Shown here piece after piece: positions 1-12,000 of a stretch of DNA of 64,000 nucleotides. The translations under genes and the position numbers were made by a program. How positions within the stretch are numbered: position 1 is the stretch's first letter; each line of letters begins with the position of its first letter. The notes under the pieces were generated by a model that was given only the letters and a program-made list of their open reading frames with translations, did not search any database and was not told where the DNA came from. The DNA is from Proteromonas lacertae (Eukaryota). The stretch lies in assembly GCA_002245135.1 (NCBI GenBank), contig NGBS01000003.1, forward strand, positions 124,001 through 188,000, written 5' to 3'.

Positions 1-87
1 CTATTACTCCTATCAACTCTCTCAAAAATCTATAACCATTAATATATATACTTCATATTTTGATAAGATCTTATCAATATCATTCAT
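1..87 (-). CDS. 5' end of a gene running off the window edge (MNDIDKILSKYE/IFERVDRSN...), possibly a kinase-like protein
   Basis: ATG at 87, GT-AG intron 30..51, frame open to the edge; resembles the N-termini of the kinase-like genes at 9006 and about 38250. Confidence 0.4.
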
Positions 88-229
88 TTTTAAGATTTTA
101 AGGGGATGTTCCAAAATTTTCTTTCAAATCAAAATACCCACATAATTTAAATTTCATTTTTTTATTTATTTAACTTCATATAATAAACAAAAAATATATT
201 ATTTACATAATTAAATAACATTCAACTAA

Positions 230-359
230 TTAGTACAAGTATTTACCATTATTCATATTATTGTTATTACCATTACTCAAATTTATTACTAACACCGATA
301 TATTATCATTACTCCCTCGAACTAATGCTTCTGTAGCTAATAATCTAGCAGCATTCTCA

Positions 360-393
<34 letters not shown>

Positions 394-1387
394 ATTCTTC
401 ATTTACTATCTCAATTGCTTCATTATCATTAATCACATCCCACAAGCCATCACTTGCTATTATTGCATATTTATAACTATCTTTTCTTTCTAATATAGAG
501 ATATAAGGGATTGAACTCATATATTCTTTATATTTATAATCTCCAATTGATCGACTTATATCTAATTTTCCATTTAATCGATAATCATTATTTCTATTGC
601 TATTCTTTTTAATTATTATACCTCCTTTTGATTCTATTAATTTCATCTCATTTTTATTGGACACTTTGTGATCTATTGTTAAACGAATTCCATTCATTTC
701 ATTATTACAACATAATATACTTCGACTATCACCAACATTTGCAGTGATAATGTTCTTTTCATTTCGAATTAATATTGTTGCTGTTGAGCCACTGAAATCA
801 CCGATACTGTTGGCTATTTCTTCAAATCTTTCATCTGCAGTTAGAAAGGCTTCTTCTAGTACTGATGTGATATTTTCATTCTTTTTTATTAATATTGAAG
901 AGATTGTCTATATTTAATTTTTAATATTAAAATATATATATACTTTGTGTAGTGTTGAAGCTAAATACATAGCTGCTCCATTTCCATAATGGCCATCGTA
1001 TATTCCAAATATATCATATTCGAGAGATTGGTCTTTTAATTCCATTTTTGTGGCGATTTCTACATCTTCCATTGAACTTCTTCGACCTTTTAAACCACAA
1101 CTTCCAAATTCTAGCATATTCTTTTTTAAAAGAGATGAAGATGATTCACAAGGAGGAAGAATTGTTTCATCGAAATAACAAGAACTTCTGTTTAAATTGT
1201 GTCTCCTACTGGTCATATGAGTCATACAGTGATTCCACAGAGAAAAAGTTCGGCCACATTTAGGACAAGTATATATTTCTCCTTCTGTTAAATCTCTTCT
1301 TTCAAATTGATCATGATCACTACAACTATACACATGTACGAATAATATGGCCAGTAGAATTATCAAAAAGGAAATATTTCTGTTCAT
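230..1387 (-). CDS. PP2C (PPM) protein phosphatase with N-terminal hydrophobic segment and C2H2 zinc finger
   Basis: Intron 908..943 joins the two ORFs in frame; motifs GRRSSMED, IYDGHYG, GSTA, ANVGDSR, SRSIGD, ASDGLWD, DNIS; finger CPKCGRTFSLWNHCMTHMTSRRH. Confidence 0.92.
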
Positions 1388-1520
1388 TGATGATGCAAGG
1401 CTATTTTAGAAAAAACAAAATGAATTTTCTTTCAAGCCAAGCAAATTTTGGCTGTTTTTCTTTTTCTCATTTTCTGTCTTATAATATACAGTATTCGTTT
1501 TATAAACACAACATTCGAAA

Positions 1521-2909
1521 ATGAAAATTGTGGATTTCAATGAAAACAATTATGCTTCTGTCAGAGAAGTGTTCTATTCAAAAACATTTGGAACTAGTTG
1601 TTTAGAAACATTTTATTTATCACTGCAATGTCCATTTTCCTTAGTTTTAAATAACTGCATGCAGTATATCCTTGGAGATTCTGTTGTGAGTAATGTTTTC
1701 ACCCAAGTGTTTATTGAGTTTTTCACTATTGTAATACCAATCATTCTAGCATATTCAGGTAGTTGTTGGATTTATTTTATAAATGTATTCACTCTAGTCC
1801 TTTTATTTCTTTTATACTTCATAACCAGAGGTGCAACTAAACCATTCATTTCCACATCAATATCCAAACAGAAAGAACAATCGCTATCCACACCAATAAA
1901 ACCATATCTAACCGAATCAAGAGGATATACAATGATTTCAACATCGTTTGCAATATTAGCTGTAGATTTCCCACTATTTCCACGTAAATATGCCAAAACA
2001 CAAGAATATGGATATTCACTTATGGATTTAGGAGTTGGTATGTGTATTTTAGGCAGTTCTTTAACTTATAAATATTTAAATAACCGAACAATCTCATTAT
2101 CTTATATATTATATATATTAAGGGGTTCTTTACCTAGCTTTTTTATTGGAATTAGTAGATATATATTATATCAATTCGTTCATTATCCTGGAGAAACGAA
2201 TGCTTATGGTTTAGAATGGAATTTCTTTTATACAATATGTACTGTGAGAATAGTGAGTGAAATAATAATTGTTATTACTTTATCAATCTTTAAAAAACCA
2301 ATATTTGTATTAATAAATGGTATATTGATTATATGTTTATATCAATATTACTTATGTAATGAAAACATAGTGAATTTTATATTCTATAGTGAAAGAAACG
2401 GTAATTTTTTCAATAGAAATCGGGAAGGTATTTTACAATGTAATGGTTATATAGCATTACATCTAATTGGAACTTATTTTGGATATTTAATACAGAAATA
2501 TTATAAGAATAATAATATTGATAATAAAGTTAGAGATATAGGAATTAGTGGTATTATTTTAATTTGTTTTTTAATTTCTAATAATTATATTCAGTTTATA
2601 TCAAGAAGATTGATGAATTTATCTTATTTAACATACAATCTATTATGTTATTATTCTATCTATACTATTATTATGTATGTACAGTTGTATATATGTAATT
2701 ATAGAGAAAGTATTATCTTGAAATCGTTTAATTTTAATATGTTAATTGTGTTTCTAGTATCTAATATTTTTACTGGTTATTTTAATATTAGTTTTAATAC
2801 TATTTTTATGAGTAACAGATATGGATATTTTATTTTAGTTGGATATATGATATCTGTGATTATATTCTCAGTTGGATTGTGGTATCAGAATATTAAGATT
2901 AGATTCTAA
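1521..2909 (+). CDS. PIGW: GPI inositol acyltransferase PIG-W/GWT1
   Basis: Single-exon multi-TM ORF with ILAVDFPLFPRKYAKT, SLMDLGVG, YGLEWNFFYT, NREGI and SRRLMN motifs. Confidence 0.95.
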   Translation: MKIVDFNENNYASVREVFYSKTFGTSCLETFYLSLQCPFSLVLNNCMQYILGDSVVSNVFTQVFIEFFTIVIPIILAYSGSCWIYFINVFTLVLLFLLYFITRGATKPFISTSISKQKEQSLSTPIKPYLTESRGYTMISTSFAILAVDFPLFPRKYAKTQEYGYSLMDLGVGMCILGSSLTYKYLNNRTISLSYILYILRGSLPSFFIGISRYILYQFVHYPGETNAYGLEWNFFYTICTVRIVSEIIIVITLSIFKKPIFVLINGILIICLYQYYLCNENIVNFIFYSERNGNFFNRNREGILQCNGYIALHLIGTYFGYLIQKYYKNNNIDNKVRDIGISGIILICFLISNNYIQFISRRLMNLSYLTYNLLCYYSIYTIIMYVQLYICNYRESIILKSFNFNMLIVFLVSNIFTGYFNISFNTIFMSNRYGYFILVGYMISVIIFSVGLWYQNIKIRF

Positions 2910-2995
2910 TTAAAGATTAAATAAATCTATATATTTATTACCTGTTTTTCATTGTTTAATAAAAAGTAACATCAAAATAACTATTAAAAATTAAT

Positions 2996-3597
2996 TTATA
3001 ACATATCTTTTAAATCTGAATCATCAAAATCATCTTCAATTGCATTATCATCTTCCTCCATTGCACTGCTATTTCCTCCCAAAGGTAATTCATTTGTAGT
3101 TAATCTTTCTATCTTTGGGAAATCATCTTCATTATCTTCACTCTTATTGTCTTTCTTATCATCCTGTGGATCCCATTCGTGAAGTTGTCTTCTCCATTTT
3201 CGAATCAAGCCATCCCATCTTCTTTTACTGAATCTGAGCTTGGCATCGGGTGTTTTTGGATCTGTCTTTCTTCTTTTCTCTCTACAAAAATATAAATCAT
3301 CTGAAATCATACTTTGGTACTAGGTGTACATATCTATCATAACCTATTGTGTTTTTACCATACATAATTTGCTTCATTCTCTAAATAGGCAAAATTACGA
3401 TTAGAAATACCTGTGAAATGATGTGTTCGTCAATAATACGAATAGTCTTGGGTGAGTTTTTGTTTTCGCTAGGTGATGACATTGAATTTGGTGACCAGTT
3501 GTCTAGCAAATCTATAAACTGGTAATATACTATTAGGTGAATTCTTTTGTGATACACAAGGTGTTCTATTAGGAGTAGATGGGCCTGTAACTTCCAT
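2996..3597 (-). CDS. SLBP: Histone mRNA stem-loop binding protein
   Basis: Three short introns; spliced product contains RMKQIMYGKNTIGYDRY..VPK...PKTPD...SKRRWDGLIRKWRRQLHEWDP, the SLBP RNA-binding domain. Confidence 0.92.
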
Positions 3598-3606
3598 TAA
3601 AAAAAT

Positions 3607-3615
3607 GGCGCGAAA
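3607..3615 (-). promoter_or_regulatory. E2F-type site TTTCGCGCC
   Basis: Exact TTTSSCGC consensus in the 36-bp spacer between the divergent SLBP and GlyRS start codons; CG-rich words are rare in this window. Confidence 0.55.
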
Positions 3616-3633
3616 TATATATAAAATAAGCCA

Positions 3634-5206
3634 ATGATTTGTCGTTACAGTTTTAGATCAATTACTCAACACTTGAAGAGAAAAGTCTCAAGCAATGCAA
3701 GTATAGTGATTTGAATAAGTTATTTGTAGTAAAGGATATTACTGAATTAACTCAATTCTGTAAGAAATATGGGTTTGCTTATCAAAGTGGTAATCTATAT
3801 GGTGGTCTAGGTGGAGTGTATGATTATGGTCCACATGGTATTTTTTTGTTTATTTATATATGTAGGTTTTTTACTAAAACAGAATATAGAGAAGAGTTTA
3901 TGGAATCATTTTGTGAATAAGCATGCGAATATATATCCATTTGATAGCAGTATAATAACATCTTCCCAAGTACTTTCTACCTCTGGTCATTTAACAAAAT
4001 TCATAGATCCTCTTTATACATGTTCAAAATGTAGATTGTATATGAAATACGTTATAATGATGATTATAGTAAATGGAAGAAAGAAGATGGAGATGATATA
4101 AAGAATAAAACCTGTCCAAAATGCAAAAATGATAAAAACAATACAGAAACAACATTCAATCTGTTATTTCCAATACATTCAGGTGTATTACAAGAAAAGA
4201 ATAGCACTGCAGACTTTTTAAGACCAGAAACATGTCAAGAAATGTATAGTCTATGATTATGTCAAAATAGATTCACTAATTTCGCAAATTATACCTCAGG
4301 AATTGGTTATTCCTTACCATTTGGTATTGCTCAAGTTGGTAAATCATTTAGAAATGAAATTAATCCATCTAGTTTTCTATTTAGATTGAGAGAATTCAAT
4401 CAATTTGAATTAGAATATTTCTGTACAGAAAAAGATACATCCAACACTTTTGATTATTGGTTAAATGAATCTCATCAGTATTTACAATCAATAGGTATTA
4501 AAAAAGATAAATTAAGGTTTTATGAACATCCTAGTAATGATTTAGCTCATTATTCTAAGAAAACAGTTGATATTGAATATAAATTTCCATTTGGTTGGAA
4601 AGAAATAATGGGAGTATCAAATAGAGGTAATTATGATTTAACTCAACACAGTAAAGCATCTAAAAGAAAATTACATTGTAATGAATCAAATGATGCTGAA
4701 TTAGTTACTCCCTATGTGATTGAAACATCCATTGGGATTGAAAGAATAATTGTATTGATATTATTATTTATGTTTTTATATTCTATAGATGAGTTTGATG
4801 TTTGAAAATGTTGTAAAAACTGAGAATAAAAGAACAATATTTGATATAAATAATAAACTCAGTCCTTATCTGTATAAACCAATGTTTTTATATTACTATT
4901 AGTTTCTGTATATTACCAATTGTCAAAACACCTAAGATTATAGAGATAAGTCAACAAATATTCAATTCAATATCACCATATTGTTCTTGTTCTTTAATCA
5001 TCAATGGTTCTGTTGGAAGAAGATATAAGAAACAAGATATAATAGGAACAGCGTATGGAATAACAATAGACAGTGAAACTGAACAGAATAATACAGTTAC
5101 TATTAGAGATAGAAATACAACAAAACAAGTGAGAATTGATATAAATGAATTAGCTGATAAAATAAAACATAATTATATTTATGAATATATAGAAAAAGTA
5201 TTTTAA
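3634..5206 (+). CDS. Glycyl-tRNA synthetase (alpha2 type), probably organelle-targeted
   Basis: Six short introns; motifs YDYGPHG, SGHL, FLRPET, PFGIAQVGKSFRNEI, FRLREFNQFELEYF, LAHYS, VIETSIGIER, SVGRRY; basic N-terminal extension MICRYSFRSITQHLKRK. Confidence 0.93.
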
Positions 5207-5549
5207 AGTTGTTATGTTTCATTTATATGTAAAAAGCTTGACATTTAAAAGAGAAATGTATCAATTACATTTTCTTTCGGAAAATTAATATAATAGTTCT
5301 ATGACTATACCAATAATATCTAATCTTATCACTCCTTATATAAATTTTAATATCAACTCAATCACATGTAGCAGTTAAGTAATTTACTGTAACCATAAAT
5401 CACATTTTACTTCTATTTCTTGAACATATATTTTACTGCATTTAAAAGTGATATATTCATACAATATAAACATTTATAAAAATAACTAAACATTTTATCT
5501 TGAATATTATGAATAATTGAAGAGCATAGTTATCATATTTTGGAATATT

Positions 5550-8500
5550 ATGAAATTTAACTATTCAATAAATTACAATCTAATAGATAAGTTTAGGTTA
5601 AGAAAAGAAACAGTTTATTTGAAAAGTATTTACTCTTTTGAACGTCTTACTTCCAAAGACTCTTCTAATAATTCTTCTAAGAAGAATTTCATCCTAATTA
5701 GAGAATGTTACCGAGATATGTATAATGACATAACAAGCTTAATTTTAATGAAAAAAGAAGGAAAATATTTAGAGAAGTATCAAAAATGTTTCTTGGTGTA
5801 TGGCAATGCAGACATAGGTAAGTCTACATTGTGTTGTTTTTTAGCATATTGCTTTAATAATGATAAACGTTTTGCTGAGAATAATGTTGTAGTATTTGGT
5901 GATAATGACAAAAATGGTTATTATTGTCGACTAGGAAATACTCACGAATTTATTAGAAGTAAGGAAATTCCCGATTTTAAAAGTAAGCCAATAATAATTA
6001 GTGATAATCTTCAAATTCGTGAAGACGATTTTAGTGATGCAGCTGTTATAATAATGATTAGTAGTCCAAATGCTAAAATGTATAAAATCATGTCTAACAA
6101 AAGAGCACCTGTACAGTTCTACATACCTCAATTCAGTAAAGAAGAATTAGAATTGATTATACAAAAGACTTTACCTAATGTAGATGAAGAGAATAAAAAG
6201 AAAAAACTATCTGATGCAATTGCATATGGATACAATTTAAGGATTAATAGAGAATTGGAAAATTTAGATAGATATATTAAAAATATAAAAGGTATTGAAG
6301 AATCATCAAAAGAATTACCTTTATATATTCCACCTTCATATGAAGAAAGAATATTTATCTATGATACTACCCAATATAATATAATACCTGACACATTAAA
6401 ATATGTATCTGAAGAAATAGAAAAGTATATGTTAAGTCATTATGGAAGTGTAAATGATAAAAAATCCGTCTCAATTCCATCAGAAGAATTAAATACATCA
6501 ATTATAAAAATACTACATAAAGTGAAAAATGAAGATATAATACATGATGATTCAATATATGATGAAATTATTGAAATTGAATTACAAAAAGAAGAGGAAA
6601 AAATAGAAATAGAAAAATTAAGTAAAGCTATTAACAGCACTAATGTAGATGAAGAAGAGAAAAAAAATGTAAGAATAAAATAGAAGAAAAAGAGAAAGAA
6701 AATATTATAAAAGAATGGAATGCTATAAAAAGTAATCTAAAGTTAAATATTAAGTCATGTCTAGTTGAATGTTTAACAAATAATATTGAAACTGATAAAA
6801 TTAATAATATGAATGATGCTAAATCTCATTTAGATGAATTAAAGGAAAATTTAACAGCACATAGTGAAACTCGTAATAGTATATATATTTATAATATGTA
6901 AATAATAGCAACTAATACTTTATGTAAAATATTTGGAGATAAAAGTCCAACATATGAAGATGGTGGCAGAACAATAGAAATAAAATGTGATATGTATCAA
7001 TATCCTAATAGAAAGGTATTTGTTAGAGATGTATATAAAGATATATGGAATGAATTAAAGAATAAGATATTACATTATAAATTAAGAAACTATGATAGTA
7101 AAAATAATGGAAATAAAGATGAAATAAACAAAATTGTAAAAGAAATGGGTAGAAAATCTTTTAATTTTAAAAAATTAAACAAGTATTTAGAAGATAATGA
7201 TTCAGATTTATGTATTTTGTTGAGAGGAAATCCAGGCTGTGGTAAAACTTCGTTTGTTATATATCTCTTACAATGTATTATTGATTTAAATGGAAGAATT
7301 GATGATAAAATTACAGCAGCTATATTAAGAGCAAATGGGGGGAAATGTGATATATATTCTTTAAATGGGAAAAAAGTAGAAAGTGGTAATGATATTGTAA
7401 AATATGATATTGCTATATGTGATTCATATGATATTCAAAATAATGATTGTAATGCTAATATTATATTATATGTTACCTCTCCAGATTATAAGAATTATTC
7501 ATCTTTTTTTAGTGCTGATAAACAACAATATTATTATATGGATGTATTTAGTAATGATGAAATTTCAGAATGGGAAAAACTATGTTTACCAACTGCATTG
7601 AAAGATATAGCAAGCAAATATAATAAAAGATATGGAAATGTCCCAAGACATATATACAATGCATCAATATATGAATTATGTTATGATAAAGATTATTGGA
7701 AAGATATTTATACAAAAGGTATTAAAAGAATAGTTGGTAATCTTGGTTATGTGGATTTTTTAATGAAATACTTATTTCCATGTAAAACAGAAGAACAAAT
7801 ATCTAAAATGACTGTTACATTATTTGATAGTACATTATCCCACTATATAGCCAAGTATTCAATTCCATATAAAGATGAAGTGAATAATATTAAATATTAT
7901 GACAGAATAAATGAAGATCGAATGGAATTTATTTCAGATGATGTATATGATTATGTATTTGAATGTATAAAATACAAAGGAAACGAAGATGATATAAAGG
8001 TAATTCAGAATGAATTTAATAAGTTAAATTCAAATAATACTAATAATAAATTATTCCTATTATTATTTAAAGAATTAGTATGGTACAACTGTTTATATAA
8101 TTCAAATAAGTTGAATTTTAACAACTCTAGAAAAGTGATGATAGAGAGATTCAGTGATGATAATAAATTTGAAGTATTTAATGATTTATTTGATGGAGAT
8201 AGATATTCAATTGGTAATAATGAATACTGTTTAGTTCATTTTGCAATTTTTGACAATCAAGAAATGATATATTTGTTAAACAATTGTTTTATTCATGTTA
8301 TCGATGATAAAAGAGAAATATCAGATTGTAATGCTGAGATTAAAGAATGTATATGTGGATTGCAGCAGATAATGAAATTTGGATGTATATATTACATTGT
8401 AGTATCAGTTAAGAAGAAAGAAAGATCATTTACTCAGTTATTAACAAGATTAACAAATTTATTTACATCACCTCCTCCTCCTCCTCCACCACCACCACCA

Positions 8501-8704
8501 AGTATTCCACCTTTACCAGCTATACCTTCTTCTTTAATTCAATCCGCAACAATATCTCCAAGTATTCCACCTCCACCTTTACCACCAAGTATTCCACCTA
8601 AATTATCAGTATTGCATTATAAAGGTGATAAATCATTAAGAGAAACTGAAATTATATATTGTAGATCTGAATTTGATGGAACAAATTTCAATATTCAGAT
8701 TTAA
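5550..8704 (+). CDS. Tandem P-loop NTPase of CRN/RHS (CR-effector) type; frame break at an A8 run near 6660; start uncertain
   Basis: Walker A GNADIGKS and GNPGCGKT; both units have SSP/TSP and FYIPQFSKEEL/YYMDVFSNDEI, the second also YGNVPRHIY; adding one A at 6660..6667 plus intron 6879..6908 fuses the two ORFs. Confidence 0.65.
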
Positions 8705-9005
8705 CTGATCAAATTAACATAAAATGTTAAATGAACCATTCATATTATTCTTCTTCTTTATTGATATATAAAATGTGTTTGTAGTTGAATAAAAAAGACA
8801 ATTTAAAGAAAAAAGCTTGATTATTATCAAGCAATGATTGATTTTTTTTTAATTTCTACTCATGTATTGCTTAATTGCTGTTATAAAATATGTAATGAGA
8901 ATATCATTGAAGTACTATAACCATTTTATTCCACATATTCACAATTAAATAATGTATTTTTTAGTTTTAATCAAATAAATTGATAACTGAACATCAAATC
9001 GAAGA

Positions 9006-12000
9006 ATGTCGTTTAATCCATCAGCTGAAGGATTTGATTTTGTATATTTAATCATGTTAATATACTTATTTAGTCAAGTATAGACTCGTCATTGGAGTAT
9101 AAGGTATATTTCTTTTAGTGTAAAATTTAGACTGACAGATTGCTTAAAGAATCTAGCCGTGGATATACAGTCCTAGCAACCAAGTTCAATGATGATAAAA
9201 AAGTAGTTATTCAGTGTATCCAAAACGATTTGGAAGAAAAAGTAGTTAAAGAATATATTAGTAGGTTTAAATGGTGTATTAGCTATTCATCTGCTGATTG
9301 CATAAAGTATTATCCTACTTACAAAACATTACTCACAATTACTCCACATCATGAGATGAGTCTTTCAAACATAGATCCAATGACTTATTTGAGTGGAGTA
9401 AACAGCAGAAATAAACTGTTTTTAGATATTTTATATAAATTGAAATACTTGCAGGAAGATGATTTGTTACATGGTGATTTAAAACCTTCTAATATTTTTA
9501 TATCAAGTAAAGGAGAATGGATGGTTAAAGATTTTTGGAAATATAAATTATTTCCACAAACGTTTCCAAGCGATGACTTATCTGATCATTTATATTATTC
9601 ACCAGAAATGATTAATGGCAAAGAAATAACAATAAAAAGTGACGTTTGGTCGTTAGGTTGTATAATATACTATTGCTGCACTGGTCAATCGCCTTTCTTT
9701 TCAGATTCTATTGAAAGTATTCATGACAATATAAACAGTATAAAATATAAACCACTAACAGGTATATTCGATGTGTATAACTACATAATTTCAAAGATAT
9801 TTGTAATTGATCCAAACAGTAGATTAAGTGTATCAAATTTGTCTTGGTGTATAAAAAGAATGGAAATATATTATGTTAAAAATGATGATTTTGATATACT
9901 AACTGATATTGATTTTGATAGAATGTGGATTGAAATAGTGTATTGCCAATGGTGTAATGATAAAGAAACAATGATGAAGTATTTGGGTTATATAAGGAGT
10001 ATAAATAATAAAGGAAATGCATTTAGTGAGTTTATGGATAGATTTATTAACAATATAGAATATTTACCATTATTATGGGATATAGTTGAAGATTTTGTAA
10101 ATGAATATTATATGAGATCTGAAAAAAGTTGTAAAATAGAAATGTATTCCATTGACATATTACCTTCAAAATTTAATACTTTAAAGAACAAACATTGTCA
10201 TTCCTCAAAACCCAAGATAATTGGAAATAAGGTATTAATTGAAAAAGATTATCACAGATCATCTTATGGCAATTATAACATCTACGAAGAAGTAGAATTA
10301 ATAGATGAAATCCCAGTTGATAAGAAAAGAATAACCTTTTCTGAAGAGATAATAGATATAGATCCTCAAATATTAAATCCTGCTGAACTATACTCTATTT
10401 TTTTCTCAAAATATTCAGAAAGATCAAAAGACTTGACATTTCCATTACATTATCTTCCACAGTATGTAATATCCTCAAAATATATTCATATATATCCAAC
10501 TGAATCTGGTTTCTACACTTCTATCTCTATAACACCAAGTATATTATATTTATATGTTGTATTTATCATGAATAGAATTACCAAAAGGTTTGAAATTGGA
10601 TAAAATAACAGGTAGAATATATGGTAAACATAGAATTGTTGATTATTTCAGCGAAAGATTCACAGTTACTGCATTTATAAATAATAGAGAAGTCAGTAAG
10701 TCTACATTTACGTTAGTAATTGCAAAAGAAAAGAATGAAATATTGATTGTAAAGAAATCATATTCTCAACATTATTTACACTTCAAGTATAAATGTCAAA
10801 GTTATTCATTCAAAGTACATGAAGAGATTAAAGAAATTACACCAACATTCTCTTGTGAAAACCCTAAATTTTCTTTTATTAGTGAATGTCCACCAGGTTT
10901 GAAGATTAATGAAAATACAGGAAGTATATCTGGAAAACTATCTCAATATTTTGGTGAGTATTTATTACTTGTTAATATGACAAATGGTTATGAAAGTGTT
11001 GCAAAAGGGATATTTATAAGTTGTGAAAAAAATGGAGAAAAGAATGTTGAAGAATGGATAATTCCTATTGATAATAAGAAAAGCAAACTAATCATTTGTG
11101 AGGTGAATCAGCCAATATCTATTCACATACCTAATGTTAATAGTTTAAAAGATAAAAAGAATCTAATAATTCAACCAACTTTACCAAAAGATATACTTGA
11201 ATTGAACTTTCATAATTGTGTAATAAAAGGAGTTTCATCAAAACCATTACCTAAAACGCATTATGTAGTTAAAAGCAAAGAAAATAACAAAGTTGTTTAT
11301 GAATTTGATTTAGAAGTGAAGTCACTATTTAAATTTAGTTATCCAGAAGATAGATATGGATTTAAGATTGGAGAATTGGTAAATATAAAACCTATAATTG
11401 CTATTGATGATAAAGATGAAGATAATGATTTATTCTATTTCGTTGTTGGTTGTAATAAAAAATTACCAAATGGCTTAACATTAGATAAATACAGTGGATC
11501 AATATGTGGTGTTGCAAGTGATTATGTATGGGAAGATGATTATGATATTCTTATTCAATCCAATGTAGGAGTAAAGTCAATCTCATTATCATTATTTACT
11601 GGTGAAAAGCCAAAATCCTTTAAATATGAAGATAATGTAATGCATTGTTTTGAAGGTGAAGTTGTATCTTTTGTGGCAATATTTGAAGGTAGATGTTGTG
11701 AATTTAGAGTATTTGAAGGTGAATTACCTTATGGATTAGTGATTAACACATGGAATGGATTATTAAGTGGAATAACATATTATCCAGGAGAATACAAATT
11801 TACAGTGAGATGTGAAAATATGTTAGGATATATCGATGAAGAAGTAACAATTGAAGTAAGTAGTATTCAACCATCAGTTATTCAATACGAGAAGAATTTA
11901 TATGAATATGTTATTAACAAACCAATAGATCCAATTATTCCAAAAATGAAAAGTGAAGGACATTATTCATTCATAGTTTATACTAACAATTTACCATCTG

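Noticed and set aside
6669..6683. 15-nt GTAAG...TAG mini-intron to repair the NTPase gene
   Set aside because: Removal keeps the same frame and meets TAA within nine codons
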